From contig JAFGHH010000090.1 in the NCBI GenBank assembly GCA_016930215.1, positions 1 through 50,768 of the forward strand: 50,768 nucleotides of DNA, read 5' to 3'. Each line of letters starts with the position of its first letter. Within the stretch, counting starts at the first letter, position 1. The notes below the pieces were generated by a model that was not told where the DNA came from, searched no databases, and worked only from the letters and a program-made list of their open reading frames with translations. The stretch comes from Deltaproteobacteria bacterium. GTDB taxonomy: Bacteria > Myxococcota_A > Polyangia > DRWM01 > JAAZOP01. Shown here one piece after another: positions 49,070-50,768 of the stretch. Made by a program: the position numbers and the translations under genes.

Positions 49070-50668
49070 ATGCGCACGGCACGGCACATCCGGGGCGGGG
49101 TCGGTTTGGCCGCGACGATCGGGTTCGCACTCGCGGTGCTCGCCGGATGCCGCCCGCCGCAGGCGGCGTTCCGCACGGTGGTGCTCGGGGACGGTCCGCG
49201 GACGCTGCCGATGGTCGATGGCACCGTGCGCGGGACCCCCGTGCCGCTGCTTCTCGACACCGGTGCCGAGTGGCACTTCCTCGCGGACTCCACGGCGTGG
49301 GGCTGCGGCGTCGAGACGGACGAGAGCGACGGCGTGGGGTCGGACGGGATCGGCCAGCCGGTCTACGCCGACCGGGCGCGGGAGCCCGAGCTCCGCGTCC
49401 CCGGCTTGTCCGAGGACCGCCTGGGCACCACGGCCGTCGTGCACAGCCCGGCGCTGCGGTTCGGGAGGTTCTGGGGCGGGCTGGCGCCGCAACGGCTGGT
49501 GCGGTCCGCGGAACGCGTGACGCTCGACTTCCGCGCCGGTCGCCTGGCCATCGCGCCGGAGGACGAGCCGTGGCCGGCGACGGCGACGGAGCGCTCGGCC
49601 GGCGGGACGCTGGAGGCCTGCCGGTTCGACGATGGCTCGAGCGATCGGGGCTGGAACTACCTGGTCGCGGCGACGGTCGAGGGGCGTCCGGCGCGGCTGG
49701 TGGTCGACAGCGGGGCCAGCGGAACGACGCTCTTCGCGGACGCCGCCGCCGGACGGGAGCTGGCCGCGCAGGCGGAGCTCGACGACCTGCTGGACGAGAT
49801 CGACCGCGAGCTCGGGGACGCCCCGTCGGGAAACGAGCCGCCGCGCACATCCGAGGTGTGGCAGATCTGGGTCGGCGGCGAGGGCCGGGCGGTCGAGATC
49901 GCCGACGTGGCCGTCGAGCTCGGCGACTGGCGGCGGACGATCCCCTTGTCGGTGACGGAGCGCGTCGACGCGCCTCCCTGCTCCGGCGACGGCGTGCTCG
50001 GCTTCGACGTGCTGCGGTTCTGCGAGCTGTCGCTGGGGCTGGAGGACGGGCAGTGGCGCTGCTCGGACGACCCGCCGGCGCCGGCGGCGCCGGCGGCGGC
50101 CGTGCCGGTGCGGCTGACGGCGGTCGAGGCCACGGCGGCCTGCGGCGCGACGGCGGAGGAGTTGCGCCCGGAGGTGCACGGCGGCGAGCTCCCGATGACC
50201 TACCCGTCGCTGCTCGACGCGTTCGCCGTGCTGTACGAGGACGTGGAGGCCCACGCCCGGCGGATCGAGCAGGACTGCGCGGACCGGGGCTGGGCGACGG
50301 CGCGGGTCCGCCGGCCGCCGCTGGCGCGGGCCACGGACGAGCTGCGGGTGCTGTTCGAGACCGACGAGGGGCCGCGCTACCGGGTGGGCGCCGTGACGAT
50401 CCGGATCCTCGACGCGCGCGAAGAGGAAGTGCGGCGCATGGAGCCGGACGAGCTGCCGTGGTGGCGCCAACGGCCGGGCGTCTGGTACTCGGAGACCGAG
50501 TGGACGCACGACCGCTTCGACCTGTGGGACGCGCTCGAGCCGCCGCTCGGACGGATCCAGGTCTACCGCTACGAGGTCCTGCCCGACGAGGCGGCGGGAA
50601 CCGTCGAGCTGAGGATGGAAGCAGTGCTCGCGGAACCGGAGGACGAACCCGACGAATCGTTCCGGTGA
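49070..50668 (+). CDS. lipoprotein with two retropepsin-like aspartic-protease domains and a POTRA-like C-terminal region
   Basis: The ATG at 49070 is in frame with ORF 47963..50668. Lipobox ALAVLAGC. PVPLLLDTGAEWHFL and ARLVVDSGASGTTLF are D-T/S-G-A active-site-like motifs. The C-terminus has GPRYRVGAVTIRI, as in POTRA repeats. Confidence 0.75.
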   Translation: MRTARHIRGGVGLAATIGFALAVLAGCRPPQAAFRTVVLGDGPRTLPMVDGTVRGTPVPLLLDTGAEWHFLADSTAWGCGVETDESDGVGSDGIGQPVYADRAREPELRVPGLSEDRLGTTAVVHSPALRFGRFWGGLAPQRLVRSAERVTLDFRAGRLAIAPEDEPWPATATERSAGGTLEACRFDDGSSDRGWNYLVAATVEGRPARLVVDSGASGTTLFADAAAGRELAAQAELDDLLDEIDRELGDAPSGNEPPRTSEVWQIWVGGEGRAVEIADVAVELGDWRRTIPLSVTERVDAPPCSGDGVLGFDVLRFCELSLGLEDGQWRCSDDPPAPAAPAAAVPVRLTAVEATAACGATAEELRPEVHGGELPMTYPSLLDAFAVLYEDVEAHARRIEQDCADRGWATARVRRPPLARATDELRVLFETDEGPRYRVGAVTIRILDAREEEVRRMEPDELPWWRQRPGVWYSETEWTHDRFDLWDALEPPLGRIQVYRYEVLPDEAAGTVELRMEAVLAEPEDEPDESFR

Positions 50669-50699
50669 CGCAGCGGGCGCGCGGCCGCAGCGCGCACCG

Positions 50700-50768
50700 C
50701 TACTGGATGCGCCAGGAGCGCTCGGTGCTGGTCGGGATGCCCGGGGGAATGCTCGCGCCGCGCGCGAC
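50700..50768 (-). CDS. possible 3' end of a gene entering from beyond the window
   Basis: The minus strand reads ...VARGASIPPGIPTSTERSWRIQ*, with the stop at 50700-50702. Only 22 codons are visible. Confidence 0.25.
   Translation of the reverse strand, partial: VARGASIPPGIPTSTERSWRIQ

Noticed and set aside
1-50768. Mobile elements, prophage, integrases, tRNA or rRNA genes, defense-system hallmarks (restriction-modification, Cas, abortive-infection nucleases)
   Set aside because: I found no translation with recognisable transposase, integrase, recombinase, phage structural, nuclease/helicase defense or methyltransferase motifs. No intergenic region is long enough or shaped like a tRNA or rRNA. 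The only mobile-like signal is the inverted repeat pair around 4.5-7.4 kb, reported as a finding.

Overview
This is a very GC-rich (roughly 70% by eye) bacterial chromosomal window. I support about 46 protein-coding genes. I saw no rRNA, tRNA, CRISPR array, transposase or integrase. All functional calls come from motif recognition in the supplied translations plus my own reading of both strands; no database search was possible. The protein styles point to a Myxococcota-like organism (inference): MJ0042-type zinc ribbons, FHA domains, a GAF-sigma54 activator, MopE-like Cys repeats, thrombospondin-type-3 repeats, Asp/Pro/Val-rich lipoprotein linkers and a TonB_C-fused Oar-like receptor. Ordinary blocks are murJ-engB, sbp-cysT-cysW-cysA-lspA, ahcY, tonB-exbD-exbB and hsp20. 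Eight regions stand out. (1) 1559-7393 holds a 971-aa Cys-rich lipoprotein with 12 solenoid-like repeats, then a convergent gene pair (zinc-ribbon/TM/TPR protein and degenerate VWA-like lipoprotein). The pair is bracketed by the same ~52-bp CAATTG-core tandem repeat in inverted orientation. (2) A perfect sigma54 -24/-12 promoter (TGGCACGTCCATTGCA) lies in front of a secreted SRPBCC protein. (3) EngB is fused in frame to a TPR domain, with an internal Shine-Dalgarno and ATG. (4) An acyl-CoA dehydrogenase / carboxyltransferase / small Ala-rich protein / biotin-carrier operon has no biotin carboxylase or membrane subunit. It sits next to an orphan HicB-like gene and a GAF-sigma54 activator. (5) An internally deleted GNAT remnant lies between a TonB_C-fused TonB-dependent receptor and tonB-exbD-exbB. 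(6) A MarR gene, an HAD+GT20 fusion (GgpPS-like) and a Na+/solute symporter form a putative compatible-solute operon with a dense palindromic operator. (7) A translationally coupled PfkB kinase / GH4 / PIG-L deacetylase / SIS operon suggests amino-sugar disaccharide catabolism. (8) A lipoprotein cluster ends in a tandem-retropepsin lipoprotein with a POTRA-like tail. Many very long Arg/Pro/Gly-rich ORFs in the track are high-GC shadow ORFs and were rejected.
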